From contig NC_086108.1 in NCBI RefSeq assembly GCF_963921235.1, forward strand, positions 61,010,001 to 61,074,000: a stretch of 64,000 bases of DNA, in the 5' to 3' direction. The position numbers and the translations under genes were made by a program. Below are positions 49,020-62,285 of this stretch, piece after piece (within the stretch, counting starts at the first letter, position 1; each line of letters opens with the position of its first letter). The stretch is from Mobula hypostoma (lineage: Eukaryota). The notes beneath the pieces are model-generated. The model saw only the letters and a program-made list of their open reading frames with translations, did not search any database and was not told the DNA's origin.

Positions 49020-51540
49020 TGAATTTGCACAGATTTGTCCACATCGGATGCCATTTCATTGGCTCTTCACTCATCCCTGGAAGATCTGAACAGCCAAGTT
49101 GCATGTATCAGGATGTTCTTTATCGGCTACAGCTCGGCATTTAAGACTGTCATCCTCTCAAAGCTAATCAATAAGCTTCAGGAGCTTGGTCTCTATACCT
49201 CCTTGTGCAATTGGATCCTTGATTTCTTCATTTGCAGACTTCACTCAGCTTGGATTGGCAACAACATCTCCTCCGCAATCTCCATCAGCACAGGCGCACC
49301 ACACGGCTGTGTGCTTAGCCCCTGCTCTACTCACTTTATATTTATGACTGTGTGGTTAAGTGTAGCTCCAAAGCCTTATTTAAGTTTGCTAGCAACACCA
49401 CTGTCATAGGTCAAATAAAAGGTGGTGACAAATCAACAGATAGGAGGGAGATTGAAAATCTGGATGAGTAGTGCCACAACAATAGATTTTATTCAAATTC
49501 AGCAAGATGAAGAAGTTGATTATTGACCAGAAGAAGGAGATTTGAGATCCATGAGCCAGTCCTCATCAGGAGAACAGAGGTAGAGAAGGCCGGTAACTTT
49601 AAATTCCCAGGTGTTATCATTTCAGAGGACCTGTCCTGGGCCCAGCATGTAAATGCAATTACAAAGAAAGCATGGCAGTGCCTCCGCTTCCTTAGAAGTT
49701 TGTGAAGATTCAATAGACGCCTAAAACTTTGAAAAACTTTTATAGATGTGTGCTGGAGAGTATAATGACCAGCTGCAATACTGCCTGGTATAGACACACC
49801 AATGCCCTTGAATGGAAAATCCTACAAAATGCAGTGGATTTTTCAGGAAGAAAGTACAGGAGCCTCAAGACTCACAACACCAGGTCCAGGGATAGTTATT
49901 ACCACTCAGCCATCATGCTCATGAACCGGAGAGAATAACTGCTCTCATCTTCACTTGCCCCATCACTGAACTGTTCCCACAACCTACGGACTCATTTTCA
50001 ATGACTCTTCATCTCATGTTCTCGATTTTTGTTGCATTATTATTATTTTTTTTATTTCATTCCTTTCTTTTTGGTTTTGCACAGCTTGTTGCCTTCTGCA
50101 TATTGGTTGTCCACCCTGTCAGTGCAGTCCTTCAATGATTCTATTATGGTTATTGGATTTATTGATTATGTCTGCAAGAAAATGTGTCTCAAGGTTGTAC
50201 ATATATGGTGACATATTGACTTTGAACTTTGATTTGGTGTCATCAGCAAACATGGATACACTACACCTGGTCCCCTCTTCCAAATGACTAGTATTTATTA
50301 TGAATAGTTGTGGGCCCATCACCAGTTCCCGAGGCACTCAGTTCACCACTGACTGCCAACCAGAGAAATACCCATTTATTTGGCTAGAATCAACACCTGT
50401 CTCAGGAAGGACAGGGACCCCATTGCAGTTTTCTTATCACCACAATAAGTCTAGGGCTGACACGATCTCAATTGCTCTCCACATGGCCTTGGAACACAAA
50501 CAATATAAATACCTATGTCAGGAAGCTGTTTATTGGCTATAGCTCAGTATTTAACACCATCATTCCTACAGTCTGGATTGGAAGTTACAGAACCTGGGCC
50601 TCTGTACCTCCCTCTAAAATTGGATTTGCGACTTCCTAACTGGAAGACCATAATCTGTGCAGTTGGAAATAACATCTCCACCTTTGCTGACAATCAATAC
50701 TGGTACACCACAGGTGTGAGTGTTTAGCCCACTGCTCTACTCTCTATACACCCATGACTGTGTGGCTAGGTATAGCTCAATACCATCTATAAATTTGCTG
50801 ATGATATAACCATTGTAGACAGAATCTTAGATGGTGACAAAAGAGCATGCAGGAGTGAGATATACCAGCTTGTTGAGTGGTGTTGTAGCAACAACATTGC
50901 ACTCATGTTTGTGGACTTCAGAAAGGTAAGACAAGGGAACAAACTAATCCTCAAAGAGGGATCAGAAGTGGAGTGAGTGAGTAATTTTAAGTTTCTGGGT
51001 GTCAATATCTCTGAGGATCTAGATTGGTCACTACATATTAATACAGGTTTAAAGAAAGCAAGACAGTGGTTATGTTTCATTAAGAGTTTGAATAGATTTG
51101 GTTTGTCACCCAAAACACTCGAAAACTTCTATAGATGTACCGTGGAGAGTATCCAATACACATTCAAAGAGCGGTAACTCAGACGGGCAGCATCCATCAT
51201 TAAGGACCGCCACCACCCGGGAATTACCCTCTTCTCACTGTTAACATCAGGAGGGAGGTACAGAAGATTGAAAGCACACACTCAGTGATTCAGGAACAGC
51301 TTCTTCCCCTCTGTCATCCAATTTCCAAATGGACATTGAACCCTTGAATATTACTTCATTACTTTATTTCAGTTGTTCCACTACTTATTTTAAACTAACT
51401 TTTTAATAGACGTATATATAATTATTGTAATTTTGATTTTTTCCCTTTATTTATCATGTACTGCATTGTATTGCTGCCACAGACTTAACAAATTTGATGA
51501 CATCTGCCAGTGATATTAAACCTGATTCTGATTCCGATTT
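49020..51540 (+). mobile_element. Two older Rex1/Babar-type LINE fragments (about 49020-50230 and 50390-51540)
   Basis: YSSAFKTV, GAPHGCVLSP, FKFLGVNISEDLDWS motifs; ACTTTGA and GATTCT tails. Confidence 0.8.
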
Positions 51541-51871
51541 ATCCCAGCTCTCTGTCTTCTACTGGTTAATCATTCATCCTTCCATCCTAACGCATTACCC
51601 CTAAGTTCATGCATCTTTATCTTATTGATAAGCCTTTCATGCGGCACCTTATTGAATGCCTTCTGGCCAAGAATGCCAAGTATATTACATCTAGCTGTTC
51701 CTCACTATCTACTGTGCTTATTATATCTTCAAAGGACTCTAGTAAAAATTTGTCAAACAGGACCTGCCCTTCATGAATCCATGCTGTATCTACCTGATGG
51801 AACTACTTCTATCCAGATGTCTTGCTATTTCTTTCCTAATGATAGATTCCAGCATCTTCCCAACTACAGTA

Positions 51872-52595
51872 GATCTACTAGGACTTGATGTTTCAATCCC
51901 TATGGTAAGTCGGCACTCTCGATGTTGGCAGTGGGCTTAGAGTGGTGACAAGGAGAGAGGGTAGGTACGTCATTGGGGTCATCAGGTGGGCACCCTCCTT
52001 CTTTGACGTTTCATTGATAAGCCCACAACGTCTCCAGAGGGCTCAACGGTGCTACCTGGCGTCCCAGATACACCCCCCTCAGTTCCATACCCTCTGTCTT
52101 CATCTTGCAGCCCAGTTGTTGTCTTTCCTTTTAATCCAAATCCAATTGCTACTTTCTTCTGCTGCATTTGACAAGGACTTGATTGCCTGTTGGAGGGAGT
52201 GACCCCTCACCTCCATCTTCTTCAATAGACTGGTCATAGATGTAGCAACGAATCCCCTGCATCCCATTTCCACAGGGAAAATCTTGGTCTTCCAGCCATT
52301 CTGGGCAGCTTCAGTTGCCAGTTCAGAGTACTTGGTCTTTTTCCTCTCATAAGCTTCTTCGACACCATCTTCCCACGGTACTGTCAATTCCACAACATAT
52401 GCCAGCTTGGCTGCTGTGGACCACAGGACCATGTCTCGCCGGAGTGTTGTAGCCACAATGTCTGGCGGGAAACACAAGCTTTTTTTCCAAGTTCATGTCC
52501 ATTTTCCAATCCCGAGCAACCTGCAGAATGCTTACATCTTTTGGTGTTATATGGTGCTCTGGAGGTTGGCCTGCTGGTACAAATCGTGCGATGTT
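51872..52595 (-). mobile_element. HERO (R2-group, restriction-like endonuclease) non-LTR retrotransposon 3' end
   Basis: FPPDIVATTLRRDMVLWS...VVELTVPWEDGVEEAYERKKTKY...PVEMGCRGFVA, the RLE C-terminus of HERO-type elements; stop at 52100, then 3' UTR. Confidence 0.85.
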
Positions 52596-54900
52596 GTTAA
52601 ATTAACTGGCCTATAGTTACTTACCTTTTGCTTATTTCCTTTTTAAACTGTGGCATGACATTTGTTGTCTTCCAAAGTTCTGGGGCCTCAACTGTCCCAC
52701 CATATACCCTGTGTTTCCAGAGAAGTTTGGTAAATTATCACAAATGTGCCTGCTATTTCTTTTAGTACCCTGGGATGCATCCCATCAGGACCAAGAGAAC
52801 TTGTCTATCTTTAGTTCCATTTCTCTGCTCATTACTATCTCTTCAGTAACGATTGTATCGAGGTCCTCTCTTCCCATCCCATCGATAAAATCTCTCAGGC
52901 ATGTTACATGTGTGCACCACTATAAAAATAGACACAAAATAGTTGGTCAAGGCGTCAGCCATCTCCACATTATCTAATATTAAATCCACCTTCGCATCTT
53001 CCAAGGAATCTATGTTCACTTTAGCCACCCTTTTCCACTTCAGAAAATTATGAAAACCTTTACCATCTACTTTAATATTTTGTGCTTGTTTATTTTTATA
53101 ACCTATCTTCCCTTTGTTTACTGCTTGCTTAGTGGTTCTTTGGTGCTTTTTAAACTTTTCCAAATCTTGGCGACATTGTATGCATGAGCTTTTAGTTTGA
53201 TGCCTTCTTTTATTTCCTTCATTCTGCATACACTTACTGTCCTTGCTTTTACTTTTATTGATCATGAAAATCTTTTGTAATTTTTTTTTCATCAACTGTC
53301 CCACCATATAGCCTGTGTTTCCAATTCACAGTAGCCAGCTCCTCCCTCATTGCTTTATAGTCTCCCTTTTGTAGACACAATACACTTGTTTTAATTAGAA
53401 TGATTGCACCTTCCATTTCTATGAGAAATTCTGTCACACTGTGATCACACTTTCCAAAAAGATCTTTACCTACATGGTCATTAATTTTACCTGTCTCATT
53501 ACACAAGATCGTATCTGAGATAACATTTTCCCTTATGGGTGCACTAACATGCAGTTCAAGAAATCTATCACAAATACATTTTCTAAAGTCTTCCTCAACC
53601 TGTCTCAACCAACTTAATTCACCCAACTATGTGCAAGTGAAAGTCTCCCATGACAACTGCCATTCCATTTATACAGGCATCAGATATTTCTTGGGTTATT
53701 GCCTGTGCAACTGTAATGTTATTATTCACTGGCCTAGAGACAACTCCCACAAGTCGTTATTCCTAATCGCTACCCAGATGAATTTAACATTTTGCTCCAA
53801 AGATCTTACAATACACCATCCTTCTCCACAGCCCTGATGTCATCCTTAATTAAGAACACTACCCCATCTCCCTTCACTTCCTACCCATTCTTGCACAGTA
53901 GCTGATACCCTTGATACCCTTGGTTATTTATTTATTTGGAGATACAGTGTGGAATAGGTCTCTGCAGTCCTACTAGCCTAGTACCCCCTGATTCAAGCCT
54001 AACCTAATCACAGGACCATTTTCAGTGACCACTTAACCTAACCGATACACCTTTGTACTGTGAGAGTAAACTGCAGAATTTAGAGAAAACCCATCACTGA
54101 TTCTTCAGAATTTGGATAAAACAGGTTTTAATTTTGAAAAGAAAAAAATTTAACTGTTAAGAAATCTAAACTTACATGTTTATAGAACAAGGTCTCAGCA
54201 ATTAAGCAATATTTCGGTGCAACCTAATTTTGTAATTTTTTTCATTAAATACGTGTTTTTCCTGTCATTACTTAGTTTTTGTCAACACAGTTAGACACAA
54301 TAAAAAGCTAATTAATCCTATTTATTTAGTCTTATATAGATTTAGAGCTTTTAAATCATTGTGTCTACACCATAGGTACACATATATGCTGTTAAATGTT
54401 GAATATTCACATTTGTTCATTTTTTATACCATTTCACGCGTACTCCTTTAAGAACTCTTACATCATGCAACTTTTATCATTAGTATTAAATATACAAAAT
54501 AACAATTTTGGACATAAACACATTTTTAATTTTAAAGAGACAATTACTTTAATAAATCAACTGTTTTGGGGGAACAGATTGTAAGCATATTAATTTAAAA
54601 CAAAGAAAGTTCCATCTGACGATGGTGACTGAGACCTGACAGTGGTGGCAGTGGCCTAATTACAACAAACAATTCCAGCCTTTTCACCACTCAAGTCAAT
54701 GCTTCCTTGCTTAACAACTTTATTTAACAATTTGGTACAACAAGTAACAATTTGTCATGTACATTTTATCCTTCTGCAAATAATAACAACAATGGTAAAC
54801 AGCAAAATAAAAACTACAGTACAACTGCAAAGTTTAAGCATAAACATCAGGAACTAAAAAAAATCCATCCATTTCTGGGCTTGAAGATCTTCGAAAACTT

Positions 54901-55710
54901 TCAGCCAGCTTTATCAGGAAGTAGACGATTAATATGCTCCTCCTCTATGAAGTCCATGACTTCAGCAGACTGCTGGTAGATCTCCCTCGTCCTGCTTGCA
55001 CAACCCGGTGATGATGGCTCCATCAGCTTGACTAGAAAATCTTCAACTGGTACGAAGCACATATCCTTTCCACCCGGTTTTGGATGGAAGCACGTGTTGG
55101 GCCCATGAGGGTGGAAAAACTCCACTTGAACATCTTGGTGATGAGCATCCATAGTGACAGCCTTTGCTAACCACCAATTCTGGTCATAAATGACTGCAAG
55201 CTAATCTCCACAGTTAATGACACCAGCAGATGTATCTGTCATATTTCTAGTTTGCTCTTGTCGCCAATGCTTTTTCAGTTTGTTCCTACCTTTTATTATC
55301 TCTTGAAGTTTATTTTTCAAAGCTTTCATCTCTCTCAAGTATCTTACTTTTGTTTTCTTTCTTTCTCTTTCCCCTGCTATAGACTGCCTATTGCGAGCTC
55401 TCTCCTGCATAGTCTGATACAATTGACTATCTGGGGGAGTTCCTGGGCATTCTGGGCCCTTTCTCTTACGCTCTCTTGACTCTTGCTGTCCACGTTTCCA
55501 CGCTTTTCTCTTACTCCTCTTTTCCCTTTCATTCAAATCACTGATAGTTTTTATCTTCCCATCCTCTACTCTCTTCTTCCATCTTTGCTTTTCCTTTCTC
55601 AGGTATTCCTCCTTTAACCCTGGCTCACTATATATTTTCTCTCTCTGCTTTTTCTGCTATTCCCTGTTTCTTCTCCTTCGTTCCTCCACGGATAGCTGCT
55701 GCCTAGCCAT
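54901..55710 (-). pseudogene. Transposase-like reading frame (269 codons, two in-frame TAG), no visible DDE core
   Basis: One frame: MARQQLSVEERRRRNRE*QKKQREK...EKRSKRKAWKRGQQESRERKRK...INCGD*LAVIYDQNWWLAKAV...VEFFHPHGPNTCFHP...DMCFVPVED. Confidence 0.7.
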
Positions 55711-56704
55711 AACTTCCTAAAATACATAAAAGGAAGGTCAGAATTCAATGGAATTACTATGAAATTGTGCAAAATTACTATGAATTTAATTATGTTTAAT
55801 TTGGTGAAATTTTATAAAATGATTATGCAATGGTGCAACTAAATTCATTTATGGTTTTAGTCATTGGGGACACATATAGTAAGGAAATATTGTAGGCCTG
55901 TGTGTGGAAGAAATAAAGGGGAAAATATGTATATTATAAATAAGGAGGTTAATAAAACATTACAAACCATATTACTATTTATTGTGATCATAAATTATAT
56001 TCAAGCCTCCAATGAAGATGACTTGGATGTTTTTGTCAACAGCATCAAACCATGTGTCACACCATCAGACAGAAAGCTTGACAGTAGTGACAAAAACACA
56101 CTTTTTTACATGACATGTGTGAGTGGTATACAGGAGCCATCTTGTTTTCCCTCTGTTGCTGGCTGCCTCTGGCCTTGAATTAAAATGCATAAATTTATGT
56201 CATAATTTAAAATAATTCTTTCTATACAAGAGACAGTGTTGACACATCATGGTTGTGACAGTAGCAACATCAATAAATATGTAAAAATTATTGAAAAAAA
56301 TAGCAAACTTACAGGAGCTTGTTTGACCTTGTTGCATTTAGCAAATGTGGAGGGTGGAAAGGGTGGGGGGGGGGTCCTCAGGAATATAGTTGACCATATG
56401 GTTGCCTGAGTTTATTGCTTTTTTAAAAAATATCTGATGGTGCTGACAAAAATGTGGGACACATTTTGAGCAACCACAAAATAAGAGTAAATATTGTTGA
56501 CAATTCACTGCTTTTAGTTTTAAAGAGGTTTTTCACCCTACTCTTTCATCTGGCATATATATTATACATTTTATATGATTTTTTTCACACTTTTTTATCA
56601 AATTAAAATGATAATCTTTTGTCTGAGGACAGCTGATTTTGTGCGTACTGGCCTATTACATAATCATATAATTTATAAAATTAAAAATAAACATATGGAA
56701 AAAT

Positions 56705-57966
56705 CAAAGTTGCTGGTGAACGCAGCAGGCCAGGCAGCATCTGTAGGAAGAGGTGCAGTCGACGTTTCAGGCCGAGACCCTTCATCAGGACTAACTGAAG
56801 GAAGAGTGAATAAGGGATTTGAAAGTTGGAGGGGGAGTGGGAGATCCAAAATGATAGGAGAAGACAGGAGGGGGAGGGATGGAGCCAAGAGCTGGACAGG
56901 TGATAGGCAAAAGGGATACGAGAGGATCATGGGACAGGAGGTCCAGGGAGAAAGACAGGGGGGGGAGGGGAACCCAGAGGATAGGCAAGAGGTATAGTCA
57001 GAGGGACAGAGGGAGAAAAAGGAGAGTGAGAGAAAGAATGTGTGTATAAAAATAAATAACGGATGGGGTACGAGGGGGAGGTGGGGCATTAGCGGAAGTT
57101 AATAAGTGCCCTCCTGGCACTTATCCTTGTAAGCGGAACAAGTGCTACACATGCCCTTACACTTCCTCCCTTACCACTATTCAGGGCCCCAGACAGTCCT
57201 TCCAGGTAAGGCAATACTTCACCCGTGAGTTGGCTGGGGTGATATACTGCGTCCGGTGCTCCCGATGTGGCCTTCTATATATTGGCGAGACCCGACGCAG
57301 ACTGGGAGACCGCTTTGCTGAACACGTACGCTCTGTCCGCTAGAGAAAGCAGGATCTCCCAGTGGCCACACATTTTAATTCCACATCCCATTCCCATTCT
57401 GACATGTCTATCCACGGCCTCCTCTACTGTAAAGATGAAGCCACACTCAGGTTGGAGGAACAACACCTTATATTCCATCTGGGTAGCCTCCAACCTGATG
57501 GCATGAACATTGACTTCTCTAACTTCCGCTAATGTCCCACCTCCCCCTCGTACCCCATCCGTTATTTATTTTTATACACACATTCTTTCTCTCACTCTCC
57601 TTTTTCTCCCTCTGTCCCTCTGACTATACCCCTTGCCCATCCTCTGGGTTCCCCCCCACCCCCCCGTCTTTCTCCCTGGGCCTCCTGTCCCATGATCCTC
57701 TCATATCCCCTTTGCCAATCACCTGTCCAGCTCTTGGCTCCATCCCTCCCCCTCCTGTCTTCTCCTTTCATTTTGTATCTCCCCCTCCCCCTCCCACTTT
57801 CAAATCTCTTACTAACTCTTCCTTCAGTTGGTCTTGACGAAGGGTCTCGGCCTGAAATGTCGACTGTACCTCTTCCTAGAGATGCTGCCTGGCCTGCTGC
57901 GTTCACCAGCAACTTTGATGTGTGTTACTTGAATTTCCAGCATCTGCAGAATTCCTGTTGTTTGCG
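56705..57966. mobile_element. Inverted-duplicated PLE 3' end nested in the DNA transposon
   Basis: Minus arm about 56705-57100, plus arm about 57107-57966. TSD ATATG(G/A)AAAAAT at 56693-56704 and 57967-57978. Intact hammerhead at 56757-56792 (-); mutated copy near 57830 (+). Confidence 0.92.
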
Positions 57967-58382
57967 ATATGAAAAAATGTTGCATTTGTGCAAAAGACCC
58001 TCAGATGATCAACCCTGATTATTTTAAATAAGAAAATGCTATTCATTTTCAACAGAATTAACACTTTTCTTAGTGGGACATGTTTTTGCCGAAATCTGAA
58101 GAATCAGTGCCATGCATTTCACGGGGAGGACCCATACAGACTCCTTACAGACACTGCTGAGATTGAACTCTGAACTTCTGACGCCCTGAACTAACCACTA
58201 GACTACCATGGCACCCTGAATTCCCAATCATCGCCACCCAGCAACCACGTTTCTGCAACAGCCTCTAAATCATATTCCTTTCCACTGATTTCTGCTGCAA
58301 ATTCACTGACCTTCTTTTGAATACTATGGGCATTTAGATCAAGTGCCCTTACACTCATTGTCCCTTTAGATTCTAGTAACAT

Positions 58383-61300
58383 GGGGGAAGTATGACCTGT
58401 TCAAAAAGGACAGGTTACACCTGAACCCGAAGGGGACCAATATCCTGGCGGGAAAGTTTAATAGAGCTGTTAGGGAGGGTTTAAACTAATCTGGCAGGGG
58501 GGGTGGGAACCAGAATGATAGAGTGGAAAACAGAAATAAATCTAAGATAGTGAGCAGTAAAGATGTCAGGAAAGACAGGCAGGTGAGTAATTTGTAGCCA
58601 TTGGGATGAGTTGCAGTGCAATAAAGTTGCAAGTGAAATCAAAGCGAAAAGTATCAAATACTGGTCTTAAGGTGTTGTACTTAAATGCACGCAGCATAAG
58701 GAATAAGGTGGATCATCTTGTTGTACAGCTACAGATTGGCAGTTATGATATTGTGGCCATCACTGAGACCTGGCTAAAGGATGCATGTCTCTGGGAGCTG
58801 AACGTCCAAGGATACACGGTGTATCGGAAGGATAGGAAGATAGGCAGAGGGGGAGGCGTGGCTTTATTGGTAAGAAATGATATTAAATCGTTAGAAAGAG
58901 GTGATATAGGATCAGAAGGTGCAGAATCTTTATGGGTTGAGCTAAGAAATAGCAGGGGTAAAAGGACCCTGATGGCAGTTATTTATAGGCCTCCAAACAG
59001 CTGCAGGGATGTGGACTACAAATTACAACTGGAAATAGAAAAGGCTTGTCAGAAGGGCAGTGTTATGATAATTGTGGGGGATTTTAACATGAGAGTAGAT
59101 TGGGAAAATCAGGTCAACACTGGATCTCAAGAGAGAGAATTTGTAGAATGTCTGCGAGATGGCTTTTTTGAACAGCTTGTTGTTGAGCCCACTAGGGGAT
59201 CCGCTGTACTGGATTGGGTATTGTGTAATGAACCGGAGGTGATTGGAGAGATTGAGGTGAAGGAACCCTTAGAAGGCAGTGATCATAACCTGATTGAGTT
59301 CACTGTGAAATTAGAAAAAGAGAAACCGAAATCTGATGTGTTGGTATTTCAGTGGAGTAAAGGAAATTACACTGGCATGAGAGAGGAACTGGCCAAAGTT
59401 GACTGGAAAGGGACACTGGCGGGAAAGACAGCAGAGCAGCAGCGGCTGGAGTTTATGCGAGAAATGAGGAATGTGCAAGACAGGTATATTCCAAAAAACA
59501 AGAAATTTTTGAGTGGAAAAAGGATGCAATCGTGGTTGACAAGAGAAGTCAGAGCCAAAGTTAAAGCAAAGGAGAGGACATACAAGGAAGCAAAAATTAG
59601 TGGGAAGACAGAGGATTGGGAAGTTTTTAAAACCTTACAAAGGGAAACCAAGAAGGTCATTAAGAGAGAAAAGATTAACTATGAAAGGAAGCTAGCAAAT
59701 AATATCAAAGAGGATACTAAAAGCTTTTTCAAGTATATAAAGAGTAAAAGACAGGTGAGAGTAGATATAGGACCGATAGAAAATGATGCTGGAGAAATTG
59801 TAATGGGAGATAAGGAGATGGCAGAGGAACTGAACGAGTATTTTGCATCAGTCTTCACTGAGGAAGATATTTGCAGTATACCGGACACTCAAGGGTGTCA
59901 GGGAAGAGAAGTGTGCGCAGTCACAATTACGACAGAGAAAGTACTCAGGAAGCTGAATAGGCTAAAGGTCGATAAATCTCCTGGACCAGATGGAATGCAC
60001 TCTTGTGTTCTGAAGGAAGTAGCTGTGGAGATTGCGGAGGCATTAGCGATGATCTTTCAAAAGTCGATAGATTCTGGCATGATTCCGGAAGACTGGAAGA
60101 CTGCAGATGTCACTCCGCTATTTAAGAAGGGGGCAAGGAAGCAAAAAGGAAATTATAGACCTGTTAGCTTGACATTGGTGTTGGGAAGTTGTTGGAGTCG
60201 ATTGTCAAGAATGAGGTTACAGAGTACCTGGAGGCATATGACAAGATAGGCAGAACTCAGCATGGATTCCTTAAAGGAATATCCTGCCTGACAAACTGAT
60301 TACAATTTTTTGAGGAAATTACCAGCAGGCTAGACAAGGGAGATGCAGTGGATGTTGTATATTTGGATTTTCAGAAGTCCTTTGACAAGGTGCCACACAT
60401 GAGAATACTTAACAAGATAAGAGCCCATGGAATTACGGGAAAGTTACATACGTGGATAAAGCGTTGGCTGATTGGCAGGAAACAGAGAGTGGGAATAAAG
60501 GGATCCTATTCTGGTTGGCTGCCAGTTACCAGTGGTGTTCCACAGGGATCAGAGTTGGGGCCACTTCTTTTTACATTGTACATCAACGATTTGGACTATG
60601 GAATAGATGGCTTTGTGGCTAAGTTTGCTGATGATATGAAGATAGGTGGAGGGGCCGGTAGCGCTGAGGAAACGGAGAGTCTGCAAAGAGACTTGGATAG
60701 ATTGGAAGAATGGGCAGAGAAGTGGCAAATGAAATACAATGTTGGAAAGTGTATGGTTATGCACTTTGGCAGAAAAAATAAACGGGCAGACTATTATTTA
60801 AATGGAGAAAGTATTCAAAGTTCTGAGATACAACGGCACCTCGTACAGGATACCCTTAAAGTTAACCTCCAGGTTGAGTCGGTAGTGAAGAAGGCGAATG
60901 CAATGTTGGCATTCATTTCTAGAGGAATAGAGTATAGGAGCAGGGATGTGATGTTGAGGCTCTATACGGCACTGGTGAGACCTCACTTGGAGTACTGTGG
61001 GCAGTTTTGGTCTCCTTATTTAAGAAAGGATGTGCTGACATTGGAGAGGGTACAGAGAAGATTCACTAGAATGATTCCGGGAATGAGAGGGTTAACATAT
61101 GAGGAACGTTTGTCCGCTCTTGGACTGTGTTCCTTGGAGTTTAGAAGAATGAGGGGAGACCTCATAGAAACATTTCAGATGTTAAAAGGCATGGACAGAG
61201 TGGATGTGGCAAAGTTGTTTCCCATGATGGGGGAGTCTAGTACGAGAGGGCATGACTTAAGGATTGAAGGGCGCCCATTCAGAACAGAAATGCGAAGAAA

Positions 61301-61548
61301 TTTTTTTAGTCAGAGGGTGGTGAATCTATGGAATTTGTTGCCACGGGCAGCAGTGGAGGCCAAGTCATTGGGTGTATTTAAGGCAGAGATTCATAGGTAT
61401 CTGAGTAGCCAGAGCATCAAAGGTTATCGTGAGAAGGCGGGGGAGTTGGACTAAATAGGAGAATGGTTCAGCTCATGATAAAAAGGTGGAGCAGACTCGA
61501 TGGGCTGAATGGCCTACTTCTGCTCCTTTGTCTTATGGTCTTATGGTC
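58383..61548 (+). mobile_element. Young CR1 LINE: ORF1 end + almost complete ORF2 (APE + RT)
   Basis: 547-aa and 368-aa ORFs (LYLNARSIRNK, AITETWL, GDFN, SDHN; DFQKSFDKVPH, FADD) separated by a frameshift near 60175; TCTTATGG tail; possible TSD TAACAT at 58377-58382 and 61549-61554. Confidence 0.95.
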
Positions 61549-62285
61549 TAACATTTGTGTCCATCTTTGTGGAAATCTGGTACAAGTGTCATTTAAGCCC
61601 ATAGCTTAATGATACACTTTTAGATGCCCCTGGAAATTGCCCCTATAAGTCTGCCACTCAGTTCAAGGGAAATCAGGAATGATCAATATACTCTTGCCAG
61701 TAACAGTATGTTGGAAGCAAATCAATAAAAAATAGTTATTCAGAGCACTGCTCTCTTTCATTTTATTACCCCTCTCTTGTTTCATCTTCCATTATACTAT
61801 CCTGTTTTTTTTTCATTTGTCTGAAGATCTTCTTGGCTCTTAATTACTTCCTTGCTGCTTCCTAATTCTCCTTGCTTAATCCCTCACTAAAATCTCTCTC
61901 TCTTTCTCTCTGTCTCAGTTTAGCTTCTTTTTGCTGCTTGTCTCTTTATTCTATTTATTCTTACTTTGAGTCACTGAGTGAAGACTCGTTTTCTATGTTT
62001 CTAATGCACTATTCTCGGTAGAAACATTGGCAAAGAGTTGGAGCAAAATTTAGATATATCAAAAAATTAGCAAAATTGAGAACTTTATAATAGAGCTTTC
62101 CTGATACACCAGTGGATTTGCATAGTATAATGTAAAATATGAAAGAACTGATTTCATATAATTTTAGCAAATGTTCCAGACCTCTTTAAAACTTTTACTT
62201 CCTCTTGAATACTATGTGAAAATAAGTTTGCAGTATGACTTGAATGAAATTCTATTTAAATACCTGTTCTCTTATTTACTTAAAG

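Larger units (their letters stand above)
45508..53900 (-). mobile_element. Old CR1 LINE broken up by several nested insertions
   Basis: Collinear CR1 pieces at 45508-46136, 48820-49020, 50230-50385, 51540-51870 and 52595-53900. Further continuation at about 58220-58380. Confidence 0.8.
54095..58109 (-). mobile_element. Non-autonomous cut-and-paste DNA transposon with CACTG...CAGTG ends
   Basis: TIR CACTGATTCTTCAGA (15 bp perfect, about 30 bp imperfect); 4-bp TSD CCAT at 54091-54094 and 58110-58113; contains a transposase-like remnant ORF. Confidence 0.88.
53935..58216 (-). mobile_element. V-SINE split by the DNA transposon (halves about 53935-54094 and 58110-58216)
   Basis: AAAACCCAT + GCATTTCACGGGGAGG...ACTCCTTACAGAC rejoins into a reverse-oriented SINE. 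Confidence 0.7.
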
